Program-made: the position numbers and the translations under genes | Notes under the pieces: model-generated | What the model saw: only the letters and a program-made list of their open reading frames with translations | The model's database searches: none | Told to the model about the DNA's origin: nothing | In this document: positions 48,852 to 58,012 of the stretch, piece by piece | How the letters are laid out: each line of letters begins with the position of its first letter | Position numbering within the stretch: the first letter of the stretch is position 1 | Assembly (NCBI GenBank): GCA_963666735.1 | Contig: OY762926.1 | Coordinates: 1 to 64,000 of the forward strand | DNA length: 64,000 bases | Origin: Gemmatimonadota bacterium | Lineage (GTDB): Bacteria; Gemmatimonadota; Gemmatimonadetes; Palauibacterales; Palauibacteraceae | Direction of reading: 5' to 3'

Positions 48852-51025
48852 GTCGCCCCGTTGCCCTTGAGCCTTGCTACGGTCGCCTCGACATCGGTGG
48901 GTGAATCGAACCAGTACTCCCGGAGAAGCGGCTCGATCTGGGTGTCTACCACGTGCTCGTACCACATGTCGGAGGTCTCGTCGCCCTCCCCGGGAACGAA
49001 GTAGCTGTGACCGACCTCGAACCCGCGGCCGAGTTCGTTGTCCTTTCTGATCTTCTCGTTCAGTTCGCCCATCCGCTCGGAAATCCGGCGAATCAGGTCC
49101 GGCTCTGTGCCCTTCCTCTTGAGGTATCCGTCGAACTCGTCCGTCCCGTACGCCGGCTCGAGCGTCTCGAACGCGAACCGGCGCCGCAGCGCGTAGTCGA
49201 CCAGGGCCAGCGACCGGTCGGCCGTATTCATCATGCCCAGGATGTGTACGTTATCGGGCACGTGGAACCGATCGTCCGAATAGGTGAGCGCCAAGGCATA
49301 CTTGTCGCTGCGCTTGTCCGCCTCGATGAGCATGAGAAGCTCACCGAAGATCCGCGACAGATTGCCACGATTGATCTCATCGATGATGAACACGTGGGGT
49401 GTGCCCGGTTTCTCCCGGGCCCGTTCGCAGAAGCGATGGAACACACCGTCCTTGAGGTCGAATCCACCAGTCTTGGTAGGCCTGAACCCCTGGACGAAGT
49501 CTTCGTAGGCGTACGACTGATGGAACTGCACCATCTCGATGGGACCGTCATCCTCGTAGCCGATCACGCACCACGCGAGCCGTCGCGCGACGAACGTCTT
49601 CCCGGTGCCGGGCGGCCCTTGGAGGATGAGGTTCTTGCGAGTCTTGAGCGAGGTCACCAACCGCTCGAGATGCTCCCGGGAAATGAAGAGATCCTCATGA
49701 GCGTGATCGATCGTGAATTCTCGGCTCGCATATCCTTCGCGGTCCATGAGCGAAAACGCGAGGCGCACCCAAGGCATGTGGGGTGTGAAATCGGTAAGCC
49801 GCTTGGACGAGATACGACGCCTGTGTGCGGGAATCGAGACGGAGCGCTCGCAGGGCCGCCACGCGACCCTTCTGCTGTGAGAAAGATCCCACGAGGCCTT
49901 TGGGTCGTGCCGGTAGTCCCCCCGAACCTCGCCCCAGCCGAGCACCCGCTTCTTGCCCTCAACGGCGATGACGACATCGCCCACCTTCATTTCGTTTCCG
50001 AAGTTGGCGAGGAAGAACGCTCGCTGGGTGGGATTCTCTCCATGTCCGCGACTCGTCAAGTCATCCTGAATGCTCTTCTGGCCTCTCCGAAGATCACCGA
50101 CCTCGCCCCAGCCGATGGTGGCTATCCCGCGCTCCAGCCAGGTGGACCACATGTCCGGTCGACCGGCACCCACGTTCATGAGCCAAACATGCGCTGCGTC
50201 GCTGAAGCGATCCCTGAACCAGGCCTCTACGTCAGCCTTCTTCCAGAGTTCACTTACTGGAGGCAGGTAGAAGTGGAATCCTTCGCCGTACTCCGGTTCA
50301 AGGCGTCGGCGGATCGTAAGTATGGCCCTGTCGACGGAAACTCGATCACCAGTATCGACCGGGGAGCCTTCGTGCAGGTAAGTGATGATCTCACTCTTTC
50401 CCGTCCCGGTAACGATCGGCTCGAACTCGTCCGGGAAGAGCAGAAACAGCAATGCGTGACGGAACATGCGATTCTCGGAGAACTCGGTGCCGTCGATCCA
50501 TGACGCGAAGTCCCACGGTTGGCTCAGGCGCTCTCGTCTTACGCCGGGCTCCAGGGAGAACCACGCAAGCATGGACGTCACGAAGAAGCGGTATTCCTTC
50601 CATCTGAGCGCGTGGTAGGCCGCGCCGACGTTGACAGTGCCGGCTCTCAGCACCGTATCGTCCAGGAGGGCATGATCCTTGGGGAAGCTCTGCCCGGACC
50701 ACTCCCAGACCTCCGCCATGCCGCTTCGCTTCGTGCCCGGCGCCATCCCGCTTGAGCGCACGATCAAGAGATAGACCCACATCATCTCAACCCAAAGGCA
50801 CTTGGCAGCCGGCGAGCCCGGTCCCAGCTGGCGCTTGAGCTTCGTCAGAAAAGAATCCGACGATTCGTCGTCCAGATTCTCAACGTACAACGTCCGCAAC
50901 TCGTCGAAGTTGGACCGAGTCCACAAATCCCGCTCGGTGAACAGAGATCCTCCATCCAGCAGGCACCGCTGTTTCCACTCCTTTGCGGCATTCAGCAGGG
51001 TCTCGGCATCCCTGAATCGATTCAC
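48848..51025 (-). CDS. mcrB: McrB family GTPase
   Basis: KNLILQGPPGTGKT, VQFHQSYAYEDFVQG, IIDEINRGN, MNTADRS, ALRRRF, PLLREYW; start uncertain (GTG 51025). Confidence 0.92.
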   Translation of the reverse strand: MNRFRDAETLLNAAKEWKQRCLLDGGSLFTERDLWTRSNFDELRTLYVENLDDESSDSFLTKLKRQLGPGSPAAKCLWVEMMWVYLLIVRSSGMAPGTKRSGMAEVWEWSGQSFPKDHALLDDTVLRAGTVNVGAAYHALRWKEYRFFVTSMLAWFSLEPGVRRERLSQPWDFASWIDGTEFSENRMFRHALLFLLFPDEFEPIVTGTGKSEIITYLHEGSPVDTGDRVSVDRAILTIRRRLEPEYGEGFHFYLPPVSELWKKADVEAWFRDRFSDAAHVWLMNVGAGRPDMWSTWLERGIATIGWGEVGDLRRGQKSIQDDLTSRGHGENPTQRAFFLANFGNEMKVGDVVIAVEGKKRVLGWGEVRGDYRHDPKASWDLSHSRRVAWRPCERSVSIPAHRRRISSKRLTDFTPHMPWVRLAFSLMDREGYASREFTIDHAHEDLFISREHLERLVTSLKTRKNLILQGPPGTGKTFVARRLAWCVIGYEDDGPIEMVQFHQSYAYEDFVQGFRPTKTGGFDLKDGVFHRFCERAREKPGTPHVFIIDEINRGNLSRIFGELLMLIEADKRSDKYALALTYSDDRFHVPDNVHILGMMNTADRSLALVDYALRRRFAFETLEPAYGTDEFDGYLKRKGTEPDLIRRISERMGELNEKIRKDNELGRGFEVGHSYFVPGEGDETSDMWYEHVVDTQIEPLLREYWFDSPTDVEATVARLKGNGAT

Positions 51026-51653
51026 GGTGAGTTCCGTTGCTTGTGTAACCTTGGGTTCTCGGGGACGGGCAACATGCGTGGTCCTCTGTGGCTCCTGCAA
51101 TCCGCAGGATCCGTTGGGTGGACGCGACGTCCAGGTCTGAGTGCTGAGCCCAGCGGTCGTCGCCGCGAAAGATCTCAAGATGGCTGGCCGTGGGCTCGTC
51201 GCGTTGCTGATCGATGCGGGCTACGGTAGCGTATCGGCTGGTTGTTCCGACCGGGTCCTCAGCACTCAATGCACATTAGGCGGGAGCCACTCAAGCCCAT
51301 GTCACAACAGTTCGCAGAGGCGATCGAAGATCTCGCGAAGGGTATCGGCGCCGGCAGCTTTCGAAGCGAGGCCGAGATCAGCCAGGGTGTGATAAAGCGT
51401 GTCCTGCATGAACTGGGATGGCCGGTCTTCAACGTCCAGGTCGTCGCTCCGGAATTCAAGATCGGTACGAGGAAGGTCGACTACGCCCTCTGCCATCCGG
51501 CGGGAAAGCCGTCCGTCCTCGTGGAGGTCAAGGATTTGGGGAAGGCCGATAACCGTGGGCAGAAGCAGCTCTTACCCCGTTTTAGTGGACAGGTGAAAGT
51601 GGTGGTTTCCTCCATTCTCGCCACCTCGCGGGAGAGGGCCGCGGCCCGGGGGG

Positions 51654-52530
51654 TCACGCCGCCTCTCCTTTCTCGCGCGCCTCGAAGCTGGCGGGCGACT
51701 CGTAGCCGAGGCTCGAGTGCCGCCGGCGCGGGTTGTACCAGCCCTCGATGAACCGGAACACCCCCCGGCGGGCCTCGCCGGGCGTCCGGAACGAGCGCCG
51801 CCAGATCAGTTCGCACTCCAGCGTGGCGAAGAACGACTCGCACATGGCGTTGTCGTAAGCGTCGCCCACCGAGCCCATCGAGGGCCTGACCCCGGCCCTC
51901 CGGCAGCGGCCGCCGAAGGCGTAGGACGTGTACTGGCTGCCTTGGTCGCTGTGGTGGATCACCCCGTCGGGGCGCCGCTGCGCCAGCGCCATGTCGAAGG
52001 CATCCAGCACCAGGGACGTCCTCAGGTGCGTCGCCATCGACCAGCCCACGATGCGGCGGCTCCAGGCGTCGAGCACGACGGCCAGATAGAGGAAGCCCGC
52101 CCAGGTCGGCACGTACGTGATGTCGGCCACCCAGAGTTCGTCGGGTCCGGAGGCCGAGAAGTCTCGGTCCACGAGATCCGGCGCGGGCCTGGACTTCGCG
52201 GCCCGCTTCGTCGTACTGCCCTTGCGGCGCCGGCTCACCCCTTCGATCTCCGCCGCCCGCATCAGCCGCGCCACCCGGCCCACACCCGCCTCGCGGCCCC
52301 GCGCCTTGAGTTCCGCATGGACCCGCGGCGCCCCGTACGTCCCCCCGCTCATGGCGTGGATCTCGACGATCTCCGCACTGAGCGCCTCGTTCTCCCGCGC
52401 CCGCCGAGACGGCTCCCGCGTCCGCCACGCATAGTACCCGCTCGGGGAGAGACCCAGCAGGCGGCACATCACGCGCACGGGATACATGGCCTGGTGATCG
52501 CTCACGAACCGGAACCCCCCCGGGGGATCG
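51654..52530 (-). CDS. IS3 transposase OrfB (DDE), probably by -1 frameshift near the C5G7 run at ~52515-52526
   Basis: YGAPRV, WVADITY, D.WSRRIVGW, HHSDQGSQY, DNAMCESFF, YN..RRHSSLGY.SP. Confidence 0.93.
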
Positions 52531-52810
52531 ATCCGCTCTCCTTGGCGAACCAGGCCGTGGCTTTTGCCAATATGTCGCGCTCGATCTTCACCCGGCGAAG
52601 CTCGCGCTTCAGTTCCCGGACTTCCTTGCGCTCGACCGTCGTCAGACCGTCGGTGCGACGCCCCTCGTCCAGGTCGGCCCGCTCCACCCAGCGCCGGATC
52701 GCCGTCGCCGAGGGCTCGAACTCGCGAGCCAGCCGGTCCGCGCTCCGTCCCGCACGGACCAGTTCCACCATCCGCGCCTTGTACTCCGGCGCGTATCTCC
52801 GTCCCGACAT
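52502..52810 (-). CDS. IS3 transposase OrfA
   Basis: RYAPEYK..MVELVR.G, HTH, ELRRVK.ERDILAKA..WFA. Confidence 0.92.
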   Translation of the reverse strand: MSGRRYAPEYKARMVELVRAGRSADRLAREFEPSATAIRRWVERADLDEGRRTDGLTTVERKEVRELKRELRRVKIERDILAKATAWFAKESGSIPRGGSGS

Positions 52811-53804
52811 GCGACACCTCCTCGTTGTGACCAACGCTCAAAGGTGTCCACCAAATCGGGGTAACTCCAAGCAGCTCTTCGAGTACTGCTTTCACCAGGG
52901 CGTTCCGATTGCGGTGCTCACGGACGGACGCGAGTGGAGTTTCTTCCTTCCTTCCGGCCAGGGAAGCTACGACGAGAGACGATTCGCGCATCTCGACCTC
53001 ATCGACGATGACTCCAGTTACTCAGCCGAGACCTGCGAGAAGTACTTGAACTTTGACCGCGTCAAGTCGGGTGAGGCGCGGCGACGAGCGGAGCGTGACT
53101 ACGAGGCGGCTCGGCGCCAGAAGGAAGTCGCGTCGAACTACGCGTCGGTGTGGGGGCGACTTCTCGCCGGACCCGACCCGTTGCTGCTGGATCTGTTCTC
53201 GGAGGAAGTCGGAAACGAAACGGGCGTTCGACCGGAACCGGAGAGCGCCGCGAGATTCATCCGTCGTCAGGCTCGGGCCGGAGTGGCGTCGCAGGACAAG
53301 TCGAAGCGGAAGAGAACGACGCGACGGGAGGTGGCGCCCATACCTGCCCCAGGAGGATCGGACGACCCGCCCTCGCTTACGTTCCGCGGAGAGATCGAGA
53401 CGTTCAAGACCGGCGCGGAAGTGCTGGTAGCGGTCTTCGAGAAGCTCGCCTCTCTGGATCCGGATTTCTGCCGGCGGTACTCGGAACAGCACCGGGGGAA
53501 AGTGCGGCGATACGTCGCCAAGAGCCGAGCTCACCTCTACCCAGGGAGCCCTCGTCCTGCGAGCGCCTCCCACCGTCTTCCCGGGGGTTGGTACCTCGCC
53601 ACGCACTGCAGCAACCCCGGCAAAGTGACCCGTATCATGAAGGCGTGTGAAGTAGCTGGGCTCAAGTTCGGGCGCGACGTGATCGTCCATATCCCGGTCG
53701 GACCGCGGAAGGGAAGAACTCCTTAACGCGTACGCCCGTGATACTATAGCGAGTGCGTCTCCGCCGACCGACGCCACGCCGTCAGCGGCGAGCGGCATCC
53801 GGCT

Positions 53805-54548
53805 CTATGTGCGAACTCCGCTCCTGTGGCTGGCCCTATTGAGGCGGTCCTCGAAGTACCGCCGGAACACTTCATTCTCAGGATAAGTGTCCGCGTCGGC
53901 CCAGGCCGCGGCCAGGCGTCCCACCAATCCGGCAATCCAATCCGCTGCCTGGAGCGTCTGATAGCGATGGCTCTCCAAATGGAAAGGCGGTTCGATAAGA
54001 TGCCGCCGCGGTTCCTCGCGCGCATACATGCTTCGCGCGGCCTCGGTGATCAGTTCAGATCGTTGATCATGTTCATCGAGGATCAGGACGAAGTCCTCGG
54101 GCGGCTGGCAGTCCACGTCGCAGCATTCGTCAAGCCGCCGGATGGCTTCGCGAAGGATCGCCTGGAAGAGTCGGTTCGGGTTATGGACACCCGGCGGCTC
54201 TGTCTTCCGGATCCCGACATAGAAGACAAAGCCATCGAGTGCCCCGATCTTGTTAAGCAGGCGGTTCGTGAACTTCCTGAGTTCTGCGTACCGGGTGACA
54301 TTCGTGACCGTGTAAAGACTCGACCCCTTCTTCTCCCATCGGGCCGGGTGTTGCCTGGACCGGTCGATCTCGAATGCGAGAAGCTCGCATTTGCGTTGGA
54401 AGAACCAGGTGCCGAAACGGCGCACTTCCTCGGATGGCAGAACGAACCCCGCCAAGCCGAACACGGGGCTGTCGTTGTGAATGGGATCTTGCCGACCGAC
54501 GTATGGACCGATATGGCCGAATTCGTCGAGATAGGCGAAGTAGGTCAC
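53805..54548 (-). CDS. DUF3800 domain protein (RNase H-like fold, putative toxin/nuclease)
   Basis: AYLDEFGH N-terminal motif, EKKG, LILDE, ESH.YQTLQAADWIA. Confidence 0.85.
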   Translation of the reverse strand: MTYFAYLDEFGHIGPYVGRQDPIHNDSPVFGLAGFVLPSEEVRRFGTWFFQRKCELLAFEIDRSRQHPARWEKKGSSLYTVTNVTRYAELRKFTNRLLNKIGALDGFVFYVGIRKTEPPGVHNPNRLFQAILREAIRRLDECCDVDCQPPEDFVLILDEHDQRSELITEAARSMYAREEPRRHLIEPPFHLESHRYQTLQAADWIAGLVGRLAAAWADADTYPENEVFRRYFEDRLNRASHRSGVRT

Positions 54549-54563
54549 GGAAGGATCTCCCGG

Positions 54564-54628
54564 AAACACGAAAGCCCGTGCCGGAGCACGGGCCTCGGAA
54601 AGAGGGCAAGCCCAAGAGCTTGCGTCTC
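54564..54628 (-). ncRNA. Candidate small RNA: H-type pseudoknot followed by terminator hairpin
   Basis: GCAAGC-UCUUGG-GCUUGC stem; loop pairs with downstream CCGAGG; then GCCCGUGC-UCCG-GCACGGGC-UUUCGUGUUU. Confidence 0.65.
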
Positions 54629-54634
54629 AGCGCA

Positions 54635-54663
54635 ACGATACTTCACCGGCCCGAAGACGTCAA
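54635..54663 (-). promoter_or_regulatory. Sigma70-type promoter TTGACG-N17-TATCGT
   Basis: -35 at 54663-54658, -10 at 54640-54635, 17-nt spacer; predicted start ~54628. Confidence 0.7.
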
Positions 54664-54732
54664 CCCGGATCAACCGCTCCTCGGGCCGCGCCGGCCGTTC
54701 ATGGTTGACCCGTACATGGCGGGTTGGCCGTC

Positions 54733-57700
54733 TCAAACAGCGCCGGGGTGCACCGTCGGTGCTGGAGCTGGCGAGAGATCGATCCGCAGCAACGGCTCGA
54801 CCTTCCGCAGCGTCTCGATGCTGCGGCGCTCCAAGAGAAAGGTCATCAGGTCGCCCTGCCGCGGCTGGCCGAACACCATCCGGTAGACGGCGAGAGACCG
54901 CTTGAGCGCTTCCAGTTGCGACGCGTCCCGGCTGAGGGGAAGCGCCGGCACGTGCCGCTCGATGTACGCGCCACCCTCCAGCGGGAAGAGCCAGTACGGC
55001 ACGAGCCCGTCCCCGTTCGCCGACTGCTCCCGGGCGGCTTCGAACAGCTCATGCCACACGTCCTTCGAGTCGCCCGCGAGCACCTCGTCGCCGTGTTTCG
55101 TGGCTACGTTCTTGCGCACGGCGTGGCCCTTGTAGCGGTGGACGCGGCCTTCGCGCTGCTCGAGGTCGACCGGGTTCGACGGCAGATTCCAATGCATGAC
55201 AGAATGGCAGTAGGCGTGGAAGTCCAGCCCCTCCTGTCCGACGGAGGTGGACGCGAGCACAAAGGGCCAGAAGGGGGAGTTGAACGCCTGCCGTACCTGT
55301 CCCTCGCGCGCCCCGGTCTTGCCGTCGTCGCTCTCCTGGGCGCCGAAGCGCATGGCGAAATGGTTGCGCAGTCGGCGGTGGTGGATGCGGACGGTGTCGT
55401 CGGCGGGTCGGATTTCGTCCACTCGCGGCGCGCCGGTGCGAAGCGACAGGGCTTCCGTCACGGCCCCGGCCAGCTTCTCCCACGCTTCCTCATCCTCGGC
55501 CGCGAACAGACCCTCGAGATCGCGTAGCGTGTGGAGGTACTCGTCCAGCACGGCCTGCAGGTTGCCCGCCGCGCAGTAGTCTACCACCTGCCGCCAGTAG
55601 GGCGTGGTCTCATGGTCCCGTCGCCCGCCTCGAATAAGCGCCATCGCCTCCGGCAGGTTGAACAGCGTCCGGAAGCTCCACGCGATCCGGGCGGCGGCAT
55701 CTCGGGCTGCCGGGGCCGACGCCGTTCCCGGCCCCGAGGCCCGGGTCAGAGCCCTCAGCGCGCTCGTCGCGGGGCCTGCGACGGCTCTGGTCGCGAGGGC
55801 TTCCGCGAGATCCTCCGGCGGGCGTCCGAGTTCCAGCGATCCGCGAAGCGCTGCCTCAACCCCCGCTTCCACGAGCTTCCTCGCTTCCCGGACATGATCC
55901 GCCCACCGTGATCCCTCTTCATCATCCTCCTGCGCGCCGTTCCAGATCTTCGGCAGGTCCCAGCGATCGAACCATTCCTTCGTCGACTCGCCGTGCCTCT
56001 GGAGGTCGAGGAGAATCGGGGCCACCCAGTACCAACTCTCGTCTTCGCGCTCGCCGTCGAGATACGGTTTCGTGAGCTTGTCCAGCAGCGGTTCGAGTTG
56101 CGTCCGGGCCCGGGCGACGGCGCCGGCCAGGGTCGCCTCCGCCCCCGACACCGGGACGGGATCGCCCAGTGCCACCAAGGTCGGACTCGGGTAGAGCAGC
56201 CCAAGCACGGGCATGCCCGTGAGCCGCTCGTTCGAGAACGCAAAGCGAAGCAGCCCGCGGCGCTTCTTGCGCTCCTCCGCCGTGTTGCGGATCGAGTCGT
56301 CGAAACGCTGGAAGAGTCGGCGTTCCACCTCGTAGCTCACCACGCTCGCGACCGCCTTGGGCACGACCGCCCAGGTCGAGAAGATCAGACGCTTGGAAAG
56401 CTGCTGCTCGCGCGCCGCCTTCCACGGACCCGACGCGGGCCCCGATTCCGAGTAGTACGGAAGAGCAGGGGGGAGCCAGAGCAGCTTCCACGCCTCGCCG
56501 CGCTCCATCCAACCGAGCAGGCTGCGCAGGCGGGCGTTGGCCGGGTCGAGTCTCGCGTACGCCTCGACATCCTCCCACGAGAGAAACGCCCGCCCGCTGT
56601 CGGTCAGGAGCTCGGCGAGCCCGTTCTCCGACGACGCGTCCAGACTCGCGACCACCTGGGTCTTGAGCTTGTAGTCGTCCATAAAGCTCAGCAGGTACGG
56701 AGCGGACTTCCAGTACTCGAGGACCTGCGGCTGCCTCACCTCGCGCCCGATCTTCTGGAGCGCCAGGAAATCCCCCACGTCGTCGGCGGTGAGTTCCAGC
56801 CCCGTGCTCGGCACCTGCCGCATCATCCCCTGCGCGTCCCCGGACACCCGCAGCCGCTCTGTCCGCGACATGACGCGGCGGAGGTGTGCTTCGATCTCAC
56901 CCTTGATCCGCTCGAGCGCCTTCGTGCCGGACTCGATGCGGTACATCGCCTGTCGGTAGTCATCCAGGAATCGCCGAAGGTCGCCGCTTTCCTTGAGCCC
57001 GAGATCCAGGAACTCGATGGTCCGCAGGAAGTCCCGGTAGTGGTCGTCCTCCGCCCGCTCGTGGTGCAGTGTGTACATCTTGTAGGGCGTCGCCGACAGG
57101 AGGAGCAGACGAACGTCCGAGGTATCGTCGGAGTAGGTGAACAGCTGTTTGGCCAGCTTCGCCGTGGCGTGCTCTCCGTCCAGGAGGTCCTTGAAACGCT
57201 GGAATTCGTCGAGGATCACGAGGTCCGGCTCCAGCGCATCGACGCACACCTCGGCCAGCATCGAACGCAGCTGGCCGATGAAGGTGATTTGCCTCCAGCG
57301 GTCGTCCCCCGGGATCTGCGGGCGGCTTCGGCGAAATCGCTGGCAGAGGTCCTCGTACCTTGCCTGGAGTCCCTCGCCCTCGCGTAGGCGGTGCGCGAAC
57401 GCGTCCGCGATGCCGGGGTCGATCTGGTGCCAGTGCTTGAACTGCTTCAGCTCCCAGCGGAAGTGCCCCGTGTTCCTCACGGACCCCTGAAACAAGTTCT
57501 TGGGGCCCGCCCGGGAGTTCGGCCACACGCGCTGGAGCATGTGGTAGAGGAGAACGCGCTCCTGCCGGATCCCCATGCTGCTCTTCAAGTCGAACGAGGT
57601 TCCCGGCGTGAGAGCGATGTAGTTGACTCGGTTCGCTTTCAGGTTGTGAATCACCTGCGGCAGCAGCGTCAGGCGGGCGGCGCGCACGAACTTGCCATCC

Positions 57701-57987
57701 CCGATCTGGAGTCTGCGCACGTTCTGACGCGCGATCTGGGCGTTGGAGCAGATGTAGACGATGTCGATCTGCTCGACGCGATCGGGCCCGTCCCACAGGT
57801 GATCGAGCGCCTTCGCGATCACTCCGCGCGCCACGAGCGTCTTCCCGAGACCGACCTCGTCGGCCACCAGGAACCGCCGCGTCGAGTCCGGGGCTGTGTA
57901 GAGCCGCTCGAAGGCGTAGTCCACGGTGTCGCGCTGGAAGCCCTTGAGGCCGCCGAGGACGGTTTCGATGTCGGGCCGCTCGCCCAT
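54733..57987 (-). CDS. SF2 helicase of a DUF6361-PLD-helicase defence triad (Azaca-like)
   Basis: FLVADEVGLGKT, LDEFQRF, LLSATPY, FNSPFWPFVLASTSVGQEGLDFH, LEQREGRVHRY. Confidence 0.88.
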   Translation of the reverse strand: MGERPDIETVLGGLKGFQRDTVDYAFERLYTAPDSTRRFLVADEVGLGKTLVARGVIAKALDHLWDGPDRVEQIDIVYICSNAQIARQNVRRLQIGDGKFVRAARLTLLPQVIHNLKANRVNYIALTPGTSFDLKSSMGIRQERVLLYHMLQRVWPNSRAGPKNLFQGSVRNTGHFRWELKQFKHWHQIDPGIADAFAHRLREGEGLQARYEDLCQRFRRSRPQIPGDDRWRQITFIGQLRSMLAEVCVDALEPDLVILDEFQRFKDLLDGEHATAKLAKQLFTYSDDTSDVRLLLLSATPYKMYTLHHERAEDDHYRDFLRTIEFLDLGLKESGDLRRFLDDYRQAMYRIESGTKALERIKGEIEAHLRRVMSRTERLRVSGDAQGMMRQVPSTGLELTADDVGDFLALQKIGREVRQPQVLEYWKSAPYLLSFMDDYKLKTQVVASLDASSENGLAELLTDSGRAFLSWEDVEAYARLDPANARLRSLLGWMERGEAWKLLWLPPALPYYSESGPASGPWKAAREQQLSKRLIFSTWAVVPKAVASVVSYEVERRLFQRFDDSIRNTAEERKKRRGLLRFAFSNERLTGMPVLGLLYPSPTLVALGDPVPVSGAEATLAGAVARARTQLEPLLDKLTKPYLDGEREDESWYWVAPILLDLQRHGESTKEWFDRWDLPKIWNGAQEDDEEGSRWADHVREARKLVEAGVEAALRGSLELGRPPEDLAEALATRAVAGPATSALRALTRASGPGTASAPAARDAAARIAWSFRTLFNLPEAMALIRGGRRDHETTPYWRQVVDYCAAGNLQAVLDEYLHTLRDLEGLFAAEDEEAWEKLAGAVTEALSLRTGAPRVDEIRPADDTVRIHHRRLRNHFAMRFGAQESDDGKTGAREGQVRQAFNSPFWPFVLASTSVGQEGLDFHAYCHSVMHWNLPSNPVDLEQREGRVHRYKGHAVRKNVATKHGDEVLAGDSKDVWHELFEAAREQSANGDGLVPYWLFPLEGGAYIERHVPALPLSRDASQLEALKRSLAVYRMVFGQPRQGDLMTFLLERRSIETLRKVEPLLRIDLSPAPAPTVHPGAV

Positions 57988-58012
57988 CCCCCGTCGCTTC
58001 ATGGGTTGACAG

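Larger units (their letters stand above)
51572..52869 (-). mobile_element. Complete IS3-family insertion sequence (~1.3 kb)
   Basis: IRL TGGAGTTACCCCGATTTGGTGGACAC; shorter IRR TTACCCCGTTTTAGTGGACA; flanking direct repeat AGCAGCTC. Confidence 0.95.
51299..53726 (+). pseudogene. HsdR_N-type PD-(D/E)XK nuclease with SeqA-like C-terminal domain, interrupted by IS3
   Basis: L..LGW.V, PE...KVDYAL, VEVK, GQKQL | FEYCFHQG...VLTDG.EW; reading frame rejoins when the IS and one duplication are removed. Confidence 0.85.

Noticed and set aside
51717..53726. 669-aa ORF as a genuine protein
   Set aside because: Its first part is the antisense of the IS3 transposase; only the region after 52870 belongs to the interrupted nuclease gene.
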